The notes under the pieces are model-generated. The model had not been told where the DNA came from. It saw only the letters and a list, made by a program, of their open reading frames with translations, and ran no database searches. The position numbers were made by a program, and so were the translations under genes. From Chrysomallon squamiferum (lineage: Eukaryota; Animalia; Mollusca), in the NCBI GenBank assembly GCA_012295275.1, contig CM022667.1, positions 4,774,001-4,838,000 on the forward strand: a stretch of DNA of 64,000 bases. The letters are read 5' to 3'. Of this stretch, positions 43,284 to 58,156 are shown one piece after another (the stretch's first letter is position 1; each line of letters opens with the position of its first letter).

Positions 43284-44169
43284 CAAGACTGTGCCTGCAG
43301 ATTATTTTTATTGACATCACGCATCATAAATGACAATTCCATAAAACTCAGTCTTCACACGACAGACGTCGAGATTTTCAGTTCAGGTCCGTCAGGGTTA
43401 AACATGTTTTATTTATTTATAAAAAAAAAGAAAAAAGAAGATGAATTTCCAGTCAGAAGATTCCCGCGGTGACCGCGGATGTCAGAGTTCTTCTGTCCGC
43501 GCGGTTTTAACACGATAATGAGTTGGTCAATAAAGTAGAAATCTGACTCCTCTAATCCAAACACGGTGCGCTGAATGAGGAGTAATTCCAGACTGATTTC
43601 AGATCACTGACGTCCATTACACGACGTCGTGGCGCTGTTGTTGTGTAGCAGCAGTTTTTTTTTTTCTTCAGGTGACGCTCCGTGTGCAAACCAAAACAAG
43701 AACACTGAAATTACGCTAACGTTACGTGTAGAAGAATTGTTTTTATATATTCTGTGTTTTTACAAACTGTCTCGGTTATCTAAGATGAATGTGATAAATT
43801 GTTTCATCTGTGGTTATGAACGGTACCGTTGCGGCTGAATAAAATATGTCTTATTCTTAATTTCATTCTCTTTTTTTTTTCTGTGTGTATGTGTGTATAC
43901 GTATCTCTGTATTGTACGAGTGAATGTGTGTATGTGTTTTTAGAATTATAATTAGTGTTTGTGTTTGTGTGTTTTGCTGAGTGTCTGTTTAAAGCACGTA
44001 TCTTGATTTGGCAAGAGGGAGAGAAAGATAAAGTGACTGAGAGAGAGAGAAAGGTAGAAGGAGCAGTGGTCAGTGTATGGTCAGTGAGGAAGCCTCCTCT
44101 GAAACATTCTCTGGACCACTCCCGACCCGTTTCAACCATTCGTTTAATCAGTTCGAGCCGTTTCCTTTT

Positions 44170-44431
44170 TGACGTCACAGCAGGCAAGTTTAACCCTTCA
44201 CACGTCACAGCAGGCAAGTGTAACCCTTCACACGTCACAGCAGGCAAGTTTAACCCTTCACACGTCGCTCTGCTCGTTAACCCTTCACACGTCACAGCAG
44301 CCAAGTTTAACCCTTCACACGTCACAACAGCCAAATTTAACCCTTCACACGTCACAGCAGGCAAGTTTAACCCTTCACACCTCGTTAACCCTTCACACGT
44401 CACAACAGGCAAGTTTAACCCTTCACACGTC
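44170..44431. repeat. 30-bp minisatellite ACGTCACAGCAGGCAAGTTTAACCCTTCAC, 9 core copies, two shortened
   Basis: Direct reading. Confidence 0.93.
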
Positions 44432-44817
44432 GCTTTGCTTCATCTTCCGAGTCCTTCTGCTTCCTCAGCCCGTCTGGCTGTTCACTCAGCTGTGACCGAC
44501 AGATGGAAGTAATTAATAAATAAACTTTATACGATTTCCACGCTTCACCAGTCAAACTAATAACAGTCACTGCAGCTGACGACCTCGTTACACTGCGTTG
44601 TTTACATCAACAGTCTCGACGTCTTTTCACCGAAAGAAGTCATCACCTGATTAGTGAAGCAAATGTAGCTTGAAGAACAGTTTGAAATAAGTTGCACGCA
44701 TGCACGTATTTATCTGACAGCCTGTCTGTACGTAGGTACGTGTGTACGTACGTTTATATTATATGTATATATATGTACCTACATATGTCTATGTATATGT
44801 ATATGTGTGTATATGTA

Positions 44818-44857
<40 letters not shown>

Positions 44858-45283
44858 CATACACACACACATATATATGTATGTATGTGTGTCATTTATT
44901 TGTATGTTTGTGCGTGTATATATATGTGTGTGTGTGCGTGTGTGTGTATGTGTGTATGTATGTATGTATGTATGTATGTAAGCGAGTATATGTTAAGAAG
45001 CATGTTGCAAATACCGTAAACTCCGGATACATTTCTCTGTGTAAATCGTATCTCAAGATTCGTCGCTCGAGCCCAGGTTCTTCTGACATGCGCACTAACA
45101 TCACGTGGGCTTAACGCCAAGTCACGTGACACTGGAAGAGACTAAAGAGTGTCTGACGCGGGGAGTGATTTACGAGCAAGGAGAAATGTTGTTTTAAACT
45201 AAACTGGCTGACAGCTAAAGTCTCCGTTGTTTTCATTCTCAGTTAACAATTAACAGATACACACACACAGATACACACACAGA

Positions 45284-45360
<77 letters not shown>

Positions 45361-46465
45361 ACACATACACACACACATACACACACACACACACACAGCT
45401 AATCTCTGTGTTGTTAACTTTACACACGAACTGCTCGGGCTTACTCTCCTCTGAGTGCAGATAGTTAGAAACATCCGTAAACCATTAGCAAACACATACA
45501 CATACACACACATACACATACACACACACATACACATACACACACATACACATACACACACACATACACACACCCATACATATACATACACACATAAACA
45601 CACACACACATATATATACACACACAAACACATAAACACACATATACATAGACACTCATACTCATATACACACATATAAACATGCATAGACTCAGACAGA
45701 CACAGACACATATACACAAATCCACACCACACATGCACACACACACATAAACACACACACACGCGCACACAACAGTCACATAATAAAACGATATAGTATA
45801 ACATAACATAACATAAAATAATGTAACATAACATGACATGACAAAAACAAAACGCTACATAAAATAACATAACACAGCATAGCATAACTTAATATAGCAT
45901 ACCTATCTAAGTACCAGCGTACTAGGTACATGCATAAATATCCATCTATCTATATTATATATTTATATATATATATATATAATGCTAACAAACTCCCTAG
46001 ATATATTTAACTGTCAGTGTTCTTCTTTCTTAAAAAAATATTATTTATTTCTCTTCAACTGTACCGATGATAAACACAAACACCCAAATGTACGTTTTAC
46101 GTTTTTCCAATTTCCCTTGGTGTCAAGTTGAACTGACATGTTCTTCCAAACGCTTCTAAAACTGGCAGGTTACCAGTTCAGTCGACAGAATATCAAGTTT
46201 GCCGGATCGATTCACGTTTAGGAATTGTTAAGAGATTTAATTTTTGTTAAAGGGATTTCTAAGCTGACACGAGTAGATGAAGTTAAGCTGGTTTATTTCA
46301 GATTTCCGCGAGTTTCGTACGTTCAGGGATTAGCGACTCTTCGGCTGCTCGGTTTTAATGGTTTACCGTTATCAAGTTTGGTTAGAATTGTATTCGTTTT
46401 TTTTTGTTTTTTTTTTAGTAAGTTTTGTTATTTATTTGTTTTTAATTGTAGTATCGGTATCTGTG

Positions 46466-46642
<177 letters not shown>

Positions 46643-47110
46643 CGATAAAGAAAGAGGAAGAGAAAGAGATAATTAGCCAGGAACAAAAGTACAAAATAAA
46701 GAGAAATAAATAAACAATGAAAATGGAAAGAAAACTCGCAGTAAGATGTTTATCGCCTCAACAAACGACTCTTGTTTTAAGACATTTATTTATATCCCTG
46801 TAAGCATGACGATTGTTTCTCGAAATGCTCTCGCTGTGACAATAACTTCTATTTACTGAACGGATTAATGTTTTATCGGGTCCTGTCAGAGCGCTGTAAG
46901 AGGATTAAAACGCAGTCTGTGCGAGGATGGCTCGAGGTAGCCGGGTTTCAGGGAATACTTAGGTCGACACTTGTACCAACTTTAACAGCGAAGAATAAAG
47001 AACCAGAACGCTAAACCTTCTTTGTCACAGACAGACTACTCTGACAGGATCTACCGAGAAAACGAGAAAACTAGGTCTGTTACAGATTGGAACTGGAGAG
47101 AGAGAGGGAG

Positions 47111-47253
<143 letters not shown>

Positions 47254-47364
47254 ATGGACGACACTGATAAAGGGTTGCAGTTGTATTAAGTCGAGTGTAA
47301 CGTGATACACAATAATAAACGAATGTTGTGTACCTATATCACTGCCACGTTATACTGGATCACA

Positions 47365-47422
<58 letters not shown>

Positions 47423-48399
47423 CATATATTCAAATATATATATATATATTAAGTTGACGTTTGGGTTTGTCACAAATAAAAGATAGATACCAACATTTTA
47501 TGAAATTCATGACTGAGAATACATATGTTATATTTTTTTTTTTTTTCGGGGTTTTTATTAGCAAGAATTGCTGACGCGCATACTTTAACAACAATTAGTT
47601 CCAATTCCGTCTGACGACATGACCGCAAGTTATAAAACTCTTAATGCTTTCTTACGTAGGAATAAAGCAAACAGCTTGACTTTGAAACCATCCATTAATC
47701 TAACCTACGCTTTCTCGTCTCTTCTCTATTCAACAAAACTACAGCCTGGAGAAACTTTTTAGGAAAAGGCCAAAAGACGTAAAAGCCACGGAATCATGAA
47801 GGAATTACATTGAACCAAATTAATTCGCGGAAACGAAATGTCAGGAGTCGACGGAAAATCCCGAAGCTTTACGTCTAAACCACGAGATCAGCGCGCACGA
47901 ATCAATAACGAGAAACACACGACACGGCGTCCGCCAAGTCTCACGATCTCCCGGCGCAGCCTCGTTCTCGGTAAGCACGCGCATCATGGCTGATTTAGCA
48001 AGAGGAAGTAAGTAGAAGAACAGCAATTTAAAAACGATTCTGCGGAGATAGGAGAAAGAATGCTGGAATAAGAATAATTGGGGGGAAAATAATGGGTTTT
48101 TCTGGAAATGGAATTTCCAGCGAGGTTCTGCTGTGTTTTTGTGTGTTTGAAGTAAAATTGTAGACAAAGCAAAACAGAATAAAAAATAATAGCGGATGTA
48201 AAGGTAGAATTACACGAAAAGAAAAGAAAGAAAATGTAAAGTGGTTAGAAAGATTGTCTGATTAAAATAATGGGGAAAAAAATTGCTTGAAACAAGAACC
48301 AGTAATTAGAAAATAAAGATCAAAATGAATCTTTGGTAGTTCAAAGAAATAGTCTAAATGTATTCTACTATTTATAGTCGTTTTATAGTCGTCGAACTG

Positions 48400-48436
<37 letters not shown>

Positions 48437-48544
48437 TCACACTTTATTCTTAATAATGAGGTATAACAAAACCACACACACGCCTCACACATTCTCTGCT
48501 TTATTCTTATAATGAGGTATAACAAAACCAATTCATATGCGTGT

Positions 48545-48619
48545 AGGTGTGTATATGTGTGTATATGTGTGTATGTATGTGTATATGTGTGTATGTATAT
48601 ATGTGTATATGTGTATATA

Positions 48620-48650
<31 letters not shown>

Positions 48651-48951
48651 GTATGTATGTGTGTGTGTATATATATGTACATATGCGTGTATATGTGTGT
48701 ATATGTGTGTATGTGTGTGTATATGTGTGTATATGTATGTATATGTATGTGTACATATGCGTGTAGTTGTGTGTATATGTGTGTATGTGTGTGTATATGT
48801 GTGTATATATGTGTATATGTATGTGTGTGTATGTGTGTGTATATGTGTGTATATGTGTATGTGTGTATATGTGTGTATATGTGTGTATATGTGTATATGT
48901 GTGTGTACATATGTGTGTATATGTGTGTATATGTGTGTATATGTGTGTATA
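48545..48951. repeat. (GTATATGTGT)n-type compound GT/AT microsatellite
   Basis: Direct reading. Confidence 0.9.
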
Positions 48952-49137
48952 TTTAAAGAGAGAGATTACGTAGAAGCAAGTAGACTACCTTGAATAAAAA
49001 TCTGAAAAGTAAAAGAAAAAAGAAGCACAAGATGACGATTATAACATAATGATAATGATGATGATGATGATGTAACAACAACAACAACAATAATTAAATA
49101 ATATAACAAGATCAACAATAACAACAACAACAACAAC

Positions 49138-49187
<50 letters not shown>

Positions 49188-52100
49188 TAATAATGATACT
49201 GAAATCACACAGATTAACATATTAACGAACTCCTTCCTAAAACAGCAATAATAATAACAACAATAATAACAGTAATAACGCTGACTTTCACATTATATTC
49301 CAGTTTAATTATAAACTCTCATTTTTCTCTGCTCTGTGAATCAAATAAGCAAAGTGTAGCTTTTGAATATTCTGTGATTACTTTCATTCCGGAGTCGCTG
49401 TCGAAGGTTCATATTCATTTCATTAACGAGTAACAGGAGGAAATGGTGAACTTGTTGTGACTTTCGTAAACGTTTGATGTTGGCGTGCGCAAAACGTTAT
49501 TCCTTTCAGATCCCGGCCGTGAACTGTGAATTAATAAGCGAGTTGGAATCGTGTCTTTCCAGACAGATGTAAATATAATTGTGAAGTCCGCTTTGGAACC
49601 TGACGTATCAGTTCTTTCAGCATCGCCCCGGTGCAGGTCCGCTTGATGATACGTCGTGTCGTAAATAATTACACTGATTAAAGAAATAAACTCAAATAAC
49701 AGCAGTAACAGTAGTAGTAGTAACAGTAGCAGTAGTAGTAGTAGTAATAATACCTCGTGGTAATAGTTGTAGTAGTATGTAGTAGTAGTAGTTGTTGTAG
49801 TCGTAGTAGTAACAGTTGCTGTTGTAGTAGCAGTAGTAGTACTAGTAGTCGGTCATATTAGTGGTAATAGTAAAACAAATTTGAATTGCGATGTACTCTG
49901 CAATATAAAAAGAAACAAAATAGTAAAAATGTTATCAGTTGTAATTAGTATTGTATTCTCTGAGTGATGTTTTCACTAACTGAAGCAACCGCGCTGTGAA
50001 ATACCACAGGTAACTGTAAATCAGCTAAACTTAGTCTTTTTCTTCAAAGTTCATGTTAAAAACTGAACCTTCACTCTGCTTACTGTAGTATAATGATTAC
50101 AATGCCAAACCACAACATATCATATCAGATTATACAAATTTCATGTTTATACTAACCTACACGCTATATAATATACTACACTATACTATGTTATGCTATA
50201 CTACACTGTACTATACTATGCTATGCTATACTATGTTATGCTATGCTGTGCTATACATTTATTTATTTATTTTTGCATACGTGAATAAAGACACATACTT
50301 TCAGAATTGTTAAATAACGTTATTGAAAGTACACATCACCTGACATTCGTATTCACGCATATACACACACACCTCCACACACACACTGATGTGATTATTA
50401 TTTCTTTTCTAATTCACAGCTTTCAAAAATACCAGAATGATTTTAAGACTAACTATAAACAAGTTTTCAAATAATTTTGGTCAGGCAAGGACAGTAAGAC
50501 AAGGTCACCTCTTTTACTTGCATCTTTCTTTGTTTTAATTTTCAAAAAAGCGCTGACTGAACACGACACAATTACCTGCTTTGAGGAACGACATCAGCGA
50601 GGTTGTAATTGAGGTCGCCGTTTTCTGTGTGGAGTCGTGGCGTTCATTATTTCGCTCGGAGAAAGGAAAGCGCTCAGCGGTTGACGTCGTCTGTGGCCAC
50701 GTCATTAATAACTGACAACGACGGCGTAATCATCTACTGGCGCAGCTCCGCAGGCAGGAACGAGTGACTGTTTTCTGCTTTCTGACTGAACAGCGGTGTC
50801 GAGGTTAATAGAAATCAGTTCTGATCCTGACTCGAGATGCTAGGAAAATTAGATGTGATAAAGAAACGTGAACTGAGACTGCATGGCCCTGGTAAAGAAT
50901 ATTTTTAAATACAACGACGACAATAACAACCAGAACAACAACAACAACAACAACAACAAAAACAGCAATAATAATAATAATCACAACAAGGACGATAGAT
51001 ACAACAGCAACACCAACAACAACAAAAGCAGAAATAATAATATTCAAAACAACGGCAACAACAACCACAACAACAACAGCAGAATAATAATAATACTACT
51101 ACTATAATAAGAAGAAGAAGAAGAAGAAGAAAGAAGTGTACATCATAATATGACACTGTTCAACGTATTATTTAAAATCAAAATAAAAAAGTTATTTTAT
51201 TTAATCATTTATCATTTTGATATTTTTGAAGCTGAGTATTAGAAAAGAAACGAAACGACACCAGTGGGTGTTGGTGTTAATAACGTAAAGCCATGATTTA
51301 AACATTGACCACGGAAACCAGTGTGGACTTAGTACAATTACATTCTTTAACTAGCACTTTGTAAAAGTAATGCGGTGATCTTTGCATACGTCCATAATCC
51401 AAACAATAAAAACCAGTTAAGTCGACAAAAAGAATTAAGTCGAAAACAAACCGGAAAGAACCTTACGGAATAAACTGGAATGAAATCTCCTGCGTTTTGA
51501 GGCAGGAATTGATCTTCGGTAGCTTTACTCCATTTTTCTTTTCTTTCCAAAGTCGTTTTTTAATTTCCCTTCTGGGAAGGTTTGCTGTAAAATACGCCTC
51601 AGAGAAAACAAAATTAACTTCTAATGTGTTTTTTTCTTCTTCTTTAATTGAATGAATTTCCAATGGTTTATTTCCACCGCTCTGACTCAGTGAAAAACTC
51701 ATTTCTTCCCATTTAATGTTTGCCAATTGTTTTTTAAGTCCCACGAAACGACATTTCGAATTTTCCGTAAAGAGCTTGTATAAAATAAAACAAATAATTA
51801 TATACAATTAAATAAAAATGAAATCTGTTGTAAATAAATGAAACAACGATTGTAACTGTTGTTGTTTCTAGGTCGTATTCGCTGACGTCGTCTTGTCTAC
51901 GTCTAATTTACGTCAACCTCAACAATGACGCATCTGTTTTCTTTACTAACGTCTTTCGTTGCGTGAGATGTCGAACGATGTGTAATTCTACGGTTAGAAA
52001 GTTAGTGTGTCGATTAAACGCGGTGTTTTGTTTGTTTCTACAAATAGCCAGTGTTGTTTGGGACTTCAAACTGATTAACAATGACATCTCAGTCTCTCTC

Positions 52101-52830
52101 AGTCTTACACTGATGTCCGTGCGTTTCAATATTTTTCAATATCGATGATACTATCAGATTTCTTCCAGCCAAAATTCTGATTTCATTTCACAACTTTATT
52201 AATTATTTTTATAAGGTGTTATTGTCAGGGTTCGATCCGTGAATCCATCAGAATGAACAAAAGAACCAGTGTACGAGTGCAGTCGATCATTTCACGTGTA
52301 TTACGTAATTCCCAATTTACAGTTCACATACCGAACACAGCAGACTGAGTAAAACACGTAATGTAATTATAAACTTTATTTTTTTTTATCTGCGCTACGT
52401 TGCAGTGACGGTGTGAAAAGACGATCCTGCCATGGCCGTCGTCTCTCAGGAAAATTACAGCTTAGAGCTGTTTTAAAATAAATTAAAATAAAATAAAATA
52501 AAATAAAAATTCCTGAACCGACACGGTGTGCGTCAAGAACTGTTTTTATGAAAATCGCTGTTGAAGTGTTAAAGTGTGTGTATGTGTGGGTTTGTTTGTG
52601 TGTGTGTCTGTATGTGTGAATGTGTGCTTCTGTGCTTGTATGTACATGTCTATATGTGTACGTCTATATTTGTAACAATTGCTAATTGATAATTATAGCT
52701 GATGTTGCAGAAAAATATAACAACTGTGATATTAATAGTAGTAATATAATAGTAGTAGTAGCAGCAGCAGTGGTAGAAGAGTTACTAATAATAGAAATTA
52801 ATTTAATAATAATAGTAGTAGTAGTAGTAG

Positions 52831-52861
<31 letters not shown>

Positions 52862-52970
52862 AATAAATAAATAAATAATGCTTACTGACAAAACGAATTA
52901 AACTAATCGTCAGACAAGCAATCATTTTATTTAATTTTAATTTAAAATTTAAAATTTTGTTTTGTTTCAG

Positions 52971-53345
52971 TTTGGTGCAGAGAGTATAAAGGAGGCGGAG
53001 AGTCTGCCGGGCCGGTGTTTGGTGGTCGCCTGCGATGGCGCGAACGGACAGGCAGTTCGTCTGCTCGGCCTCAGCGACGAGTTTGAACAACATTCCTGCA
53101 ACGCATACGGGGCGGTAGCGGCTCTCGAACGAATGGACCAGCCTCAGGTTCCGCTTCCGGAGCGGCGCGTGCAGAATCTGCACTTTGACCTCGCGGCGTA
53201 CGGGAGTGAATCGGTCGAAGTGGACGGTCACCAAGGTTTTTCGTTGAAAATCTTCGGCAGTTCCCGTAACCGCTACATGTCGCTAGTGATTCCGAAATCT
53301 GAGTCTCCTCTAGTGAAAACTCTGCGAGTTGTTTTAGATAGATCA
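52971..53345 (+). CDS. FAD-dependent oxidoreductase-like protein, coding exon 2 (DG motif LVVACDGANG)
   Basis: TTTGTTTCAG acceptor, phase 0 matching exon 1 (...LGCK|FGAE...); 125 open codons; TCA|GTAAGT donor. Confidence 0.9.
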
Positions 53346-53354
53346 GTAAGTTTA

Positions 53355-53600
<246 letters not shown>

Positions 53601-54353
53601 TTTCTAAAACGTTCTGATCATAGTTAATCAAAAGCCAGAGCGGATATAGATAAATATTTCTGGAAAACGAATATTTTAAACCATTATCTACATGAACAGA
53701 TTTAACGATAATGCAGGAAACGTAAAGAGGTATCCCATAATTCAACACGTCGTTTATTTCCGCTTACTGCAAAATTACATGCGACATTATTTATGCAAGA
53801 TCAAAACCAGTAATTTTTTTAAAATTTCTCTTCCCGTAATCTCTGACTTAGTGTTTTTCTCTCTCCTCATTTCCCTGAAGGAAAAATATCAGATGAGAAA
53901 TATAATTTTGTTTTTCGCCTCTTGTTGTTGTTGTTCGTGTGAGCTTAGAAATCGTTAACACGTGATCTGTGTAAAGTGTTTTGTCATTTAAGTGACATTT
54001 TTCTTGAATTATAACTGCAACAAACGACTTAACAGGAAAATAAAACAGAGTAGAAATTGCAGGGAAAAGAATGAAAAAGACAGATTGTTAAAAGGGTAAT
54101 AAAAGAATAAAGGTTCTGAAAAAAAAGCAAAAGAAAGAAAAAAAAAAATGTAAAGACAATTTAAGAAGAAGATTAGAATAAAAGAATAAGGAATAAAAAA
54201 AAAAAAAAAACAACAGAAACATGGATGGAAAAATGAAAAAGAGAATCAAGAATTATTTATTTAGGAATTTTTTTTCCTTTTTCATACACATACAAACATA
54301 TATTTATATACGTATATATATAATATACACACAAACATTTGTTTTTGTTGTAG

Positions 54354-54570
54354 ATGATGCGTAACATATTTCTGAAGTGTTTTAACACGTACAAGAGTTC
54401 TAACGACAACACAATCAGCGACTCTATCGCGCTGAAACACATGAAGTACAGTCCCAGGCTGTTTGAGATCAAACTCTTACAGCGAGTGGAGACTGTGGCG
54501 TACTACGAGGAGTCGGACACGTTTGTTATAACAGAGGGCGAGTCGGCCAGGTGTTATAATATACAAACAG
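54354..54570 (+). CDS. FAD-dependent oxidoreductase-like protein, coding exon 3
   Basis: TTGTAG acceptor, phase 0; [10 protein letters not shown]...[16 protein letters not shown]; CAG|GTATTG donor, phase 1. Confidence 0.88.
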
Positions 54571-55492
54571 GTATTGCGTGTGCTCGTGTGCGTGTGTGGG
54601 TGTGTGTGTGTGTGTGTGCGTTTGTGTGTGTGTCTGTGTGTGTGCGTGTGCGTGTGAGTGTGTGTGTGTCTCTCTGTGTGCGTGTGCGTGTGTGTCTGTG
54701 TGTCTGTGTGCGTGTGTGTGTGTGTGTGTATATATATATAAACGAATCATGGTGTATGTATTTATTTTGCAAACACGTTCTTTATTACATGATCTGATAA
54801 CACAACGCGATAAAATTAACCGTATTTTTTTTTTTTAATTCTCACAGTTTTTTTTTTTTCTTCGTGATTTAACGTAATCACAGCTTTACTCGTTCTGCTC
54901 GTGTTTCGTGTGCTTCATTCGTGCATCATTAGTTAGCAGAACAAAAGTCTGCACTGTTCGAGATCGGTAGTAATTGAAAGCGTGTTTACAAAGCAGCACT
55001 GTTGTTAAATTGAATAATGGATTAAAAGGGAGAATTAAATGAGAAATGTAGATTTGTGAAACAAATATTGAATTCGCTGTTACGGAACTCTTCGTTTATT
55101 TTTTTTTACGAATCGATAATTTCTGTGTAATTTCTGATACGATCACGTAGATTAAATGTTCAAGAACTGATGTCCTGGTCCCCACCTCTTTATTCGGCAG
55201 AGAGTTAATTTTTAAAAAAAACAACATTTCTTTAACGATATATATTTTTTTCAGAATTATTTTTCCCATCTATATATATATTCAGGTGTATACAGACAGA
55301 GATACAGAGAGAAAGAGAGGGTGATATGGAAGATAAAAATAAGGATAGACAGATAGATGGATGAATGGTTGAGTGGATGGGTAGGGAGACAGACAGATGA
55401 ATAACGAGTGTTTGTGTTTTCTGTTTCAGGGTTGAGTGGATGGGTAGGGAGATAGACAGGTGGATAACGAGTGTTTGTTTTTTCTGTTTCAG

Positions 55493-55674
55493 GGTTGGAC
55501 GTCAACGTGGGTCTGAGCGGGCTGATGGTTCTGTCGACGTTTATTTCAATGATAACTCTAGCGAGGTCAGAACACGCTATAAGCAAAGCTCTGCTCTTCA
55601 AGTCCAAGCAGTCTGAAAACCTGTGTAGAGAGTTTGTGCAGAACGGCTTGCACGAGTACATCTTGTCTAACTAA
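55493..55674 (+). CDS. FAD-dependent oxidoreductase-like protein, last coding exon
   Basis: TTTCAG acceptor, phase 1; (G)LDVNVGLSGL...HEYILSN then TAA; completes a degenerate GD-type motif across the exon junction. Confidence 0.85.
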
Positions 55675-55905
55675 CTCGCCTTTCACACTGGCTCGCCTTT
55701 CACACTAACTCTCCTTTCACACTAACTCTCCTTTCACACTAACTCGCCTTTCAAACTAACTTTCCTTTCACACTGACTCTCTCCTATCAAACTAACTCTA
55801 CTTTTGAACTAATCTCCTTTCATACTAACTGCTTTGAAACTAACTCTCATTTCAAGCTAATTCTCCTTTCAAACCAGCTCTCCTTTCAGTCTAATTCTCG
55901 CTTTA
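55671..55905 (+). repeat. 17-bp minisatellite CTAACTC(T/G)CCTTTCACA, about 13 copies decaying 3'-ward
   Basis: Direct reading; the first unit overlaps the stop codon. Confidence 0.88.
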
Positions 55906-56274
55906 ACAGTCATTGACAACTAATGAGCACGACAAGGAAAAAGAAGAAAATGAAAGCAGAGTCACTAGTGATTACATCTTTTAACGTTCAGAAAACTCAT
56001 CAGCGTGTGTAAATATTCAGAAAGAACGGAAGCAAGACATTCTGGCCTCGTACTGGAACCAGGTTGAAAACATTTCACAGAACCAGACTGTTGAGAGTTT
56101 TAATAGACTGTGTGTTTGTACAGAGTCGAGGGGGCTGATATTATTACCATGGTAACTGTGATATTAAACTGACTACGTTTTACAGTAGTGGGAACGGTTC
56201 TCTTTGTTTGTTTGTGTAACTCGAGGAATACGAGGAGCAGTTGGATTTTAACGATGTTTCTCTTATACTACGTA

Positions 56275-56311
<37 letters not shown>

Positions 56312-57326
56312 GCATACACACACACACACACACACCTGCTTACATACACACACACATACACACATACACTCATCTGTTTATATTCCTTCAAACAAAATTT
56401 TATTTTCAGCAACGTTGCCACGTTCTGGCACTCAATGATTTATAAGCATTAGTTCGCCGTTTATGCACGTCATGTATACAGAACTTCAACGAGAATCATC
56501 TGACGTTTGAAGTGCACTAAGTATTACTTGCTACGAAGCGAGCACACAACTTTGAAGTTTTCAGCAAGTAAAAATAATCTGAAAGTGTTAATACTGAATA
56601 CGTTAGAACCGAGGAAATCTGTGAATATGAAGAACTTAGTAAAACTTATTCCGGTATAGATAATCACCATGGTAACGACATGACGTCAGTCACCCACGCG
56701 AACAGAAAAATAAATCTTGTGACGCGATATTTAAATATTATATCAACTTTAATATTATCCATAAATAAGAAATTTAATTATTATTAGCAAAATTCACAGA
56801 TGATACAGCAACAGAAACTTCGCATCTGCAAAATAAAACAAACCACACTGGAGAGTTCTGATAAGAAAGGGAAACAACCCAGACATTTTTCTTGACAGGA
56901 TTTATCGATTATTGCACCCAAGGCAATTTGTTTCTAATGATCGGCTTCGACAGTGACGTTTTGTAGTTCTGACAGTAAACGTAGCAGCGTCAGTTTGGTT
57001 ATTAATTAACACTGAACAAGAAAAAAAACACGACTCTGTTCAGCTGACTTAGTAAAACGTGGAAAGAAGAGCGAGAACAGAAACTAGGGCACGTTGTCAA
57101 AGCGAGGGACGGACCGATTATCCGAACAAAGTGTGCTTTCCTTGTGCTATGAATAATTCTGCAGATCAAAAGAATTTCGTTACGACTTATAACAAAAACA
57201 ATATAAACAACAGCAACAACAGCAACAAAAACAATATCGACAACAGCAACAACAGCAACAAAAATAATACACTACTACTACTTACTGTAATTCAAAAGTA
57301 AAAATATAAAAATGAATAATGAATAA

Positions 57327-57381
<55 letters not shown>

Positions 57382-57383
57382 TA

Positions 57384-57417
<34 letters not shown>

Positions 57418-57898
57418 TTATAATCTTAAGATGTGGCTTATTTAGGTTACCCCAAACTCCGGCCTAACCTGTACAATAAATAATGTGATTTGTTTGATAT
57501 TGTCAAGTATTACCGTCAAGTATTTGTTTTGTTCATTACAAAAATATCACCTAGTATTACCTAGTATTAAGAGAACAATGTCAAAAGTTCAGTAACAGTA
57601 TTGTGAGAATATTAATTAAAAATCATTTGAAGTGTGAAAGAGATTGGATGCGGGTTGAATGCGGGTTGAATGCATATTCGCCAAGACACAGAATTATATG
57701 AATCTGTTGAAATCCTATTTGGGCAAATAAGATTGTAAATTAAACAAATACTGAGGCTAAATTTAAAAGAAAGAAACAAATTATTTTCTCTCTTAGGTTA
57801 ATTTTTTCTCTTATGATGAAGTCAAATAATTCTGAATAACGATGCAGTAAATTACTTTCAAGTTGTTTGATTATCTGTACAATGGTGTGTAAAATCAT

Positions 57899-57988
<90 letters not shown>

Positions 57989-58125
57989 ATAACGGTTTTC
58001 ATACGAAACATTTTATTTTATTTCATTTTCGCTCTTCCTTTCTTTCTTTTTCTTTTTCTTTTTATTTAAATTATTTTAAAAATTCTTCTTCTCTTCTTCT
58101 TCTTCTTCTTCTTCTTCTTCTTCTT

Positions 58126-58156
<31 letters not shown>

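Noticed and set aside
43804-44512. 202-aa and 185-aa ORFs on opposite strands with repeated VTCEGLNLPA / FNPSHVTAGK peptides
   Set aside because: They stay open because of the 30-bp minisatellite; three frames are open at once, with no domain signature or supporting splice structure
52228-52237. GGTTCGATCC B-box-like motif suggesting a tRNA
   Set aside because: No A box or cloverleaf around it
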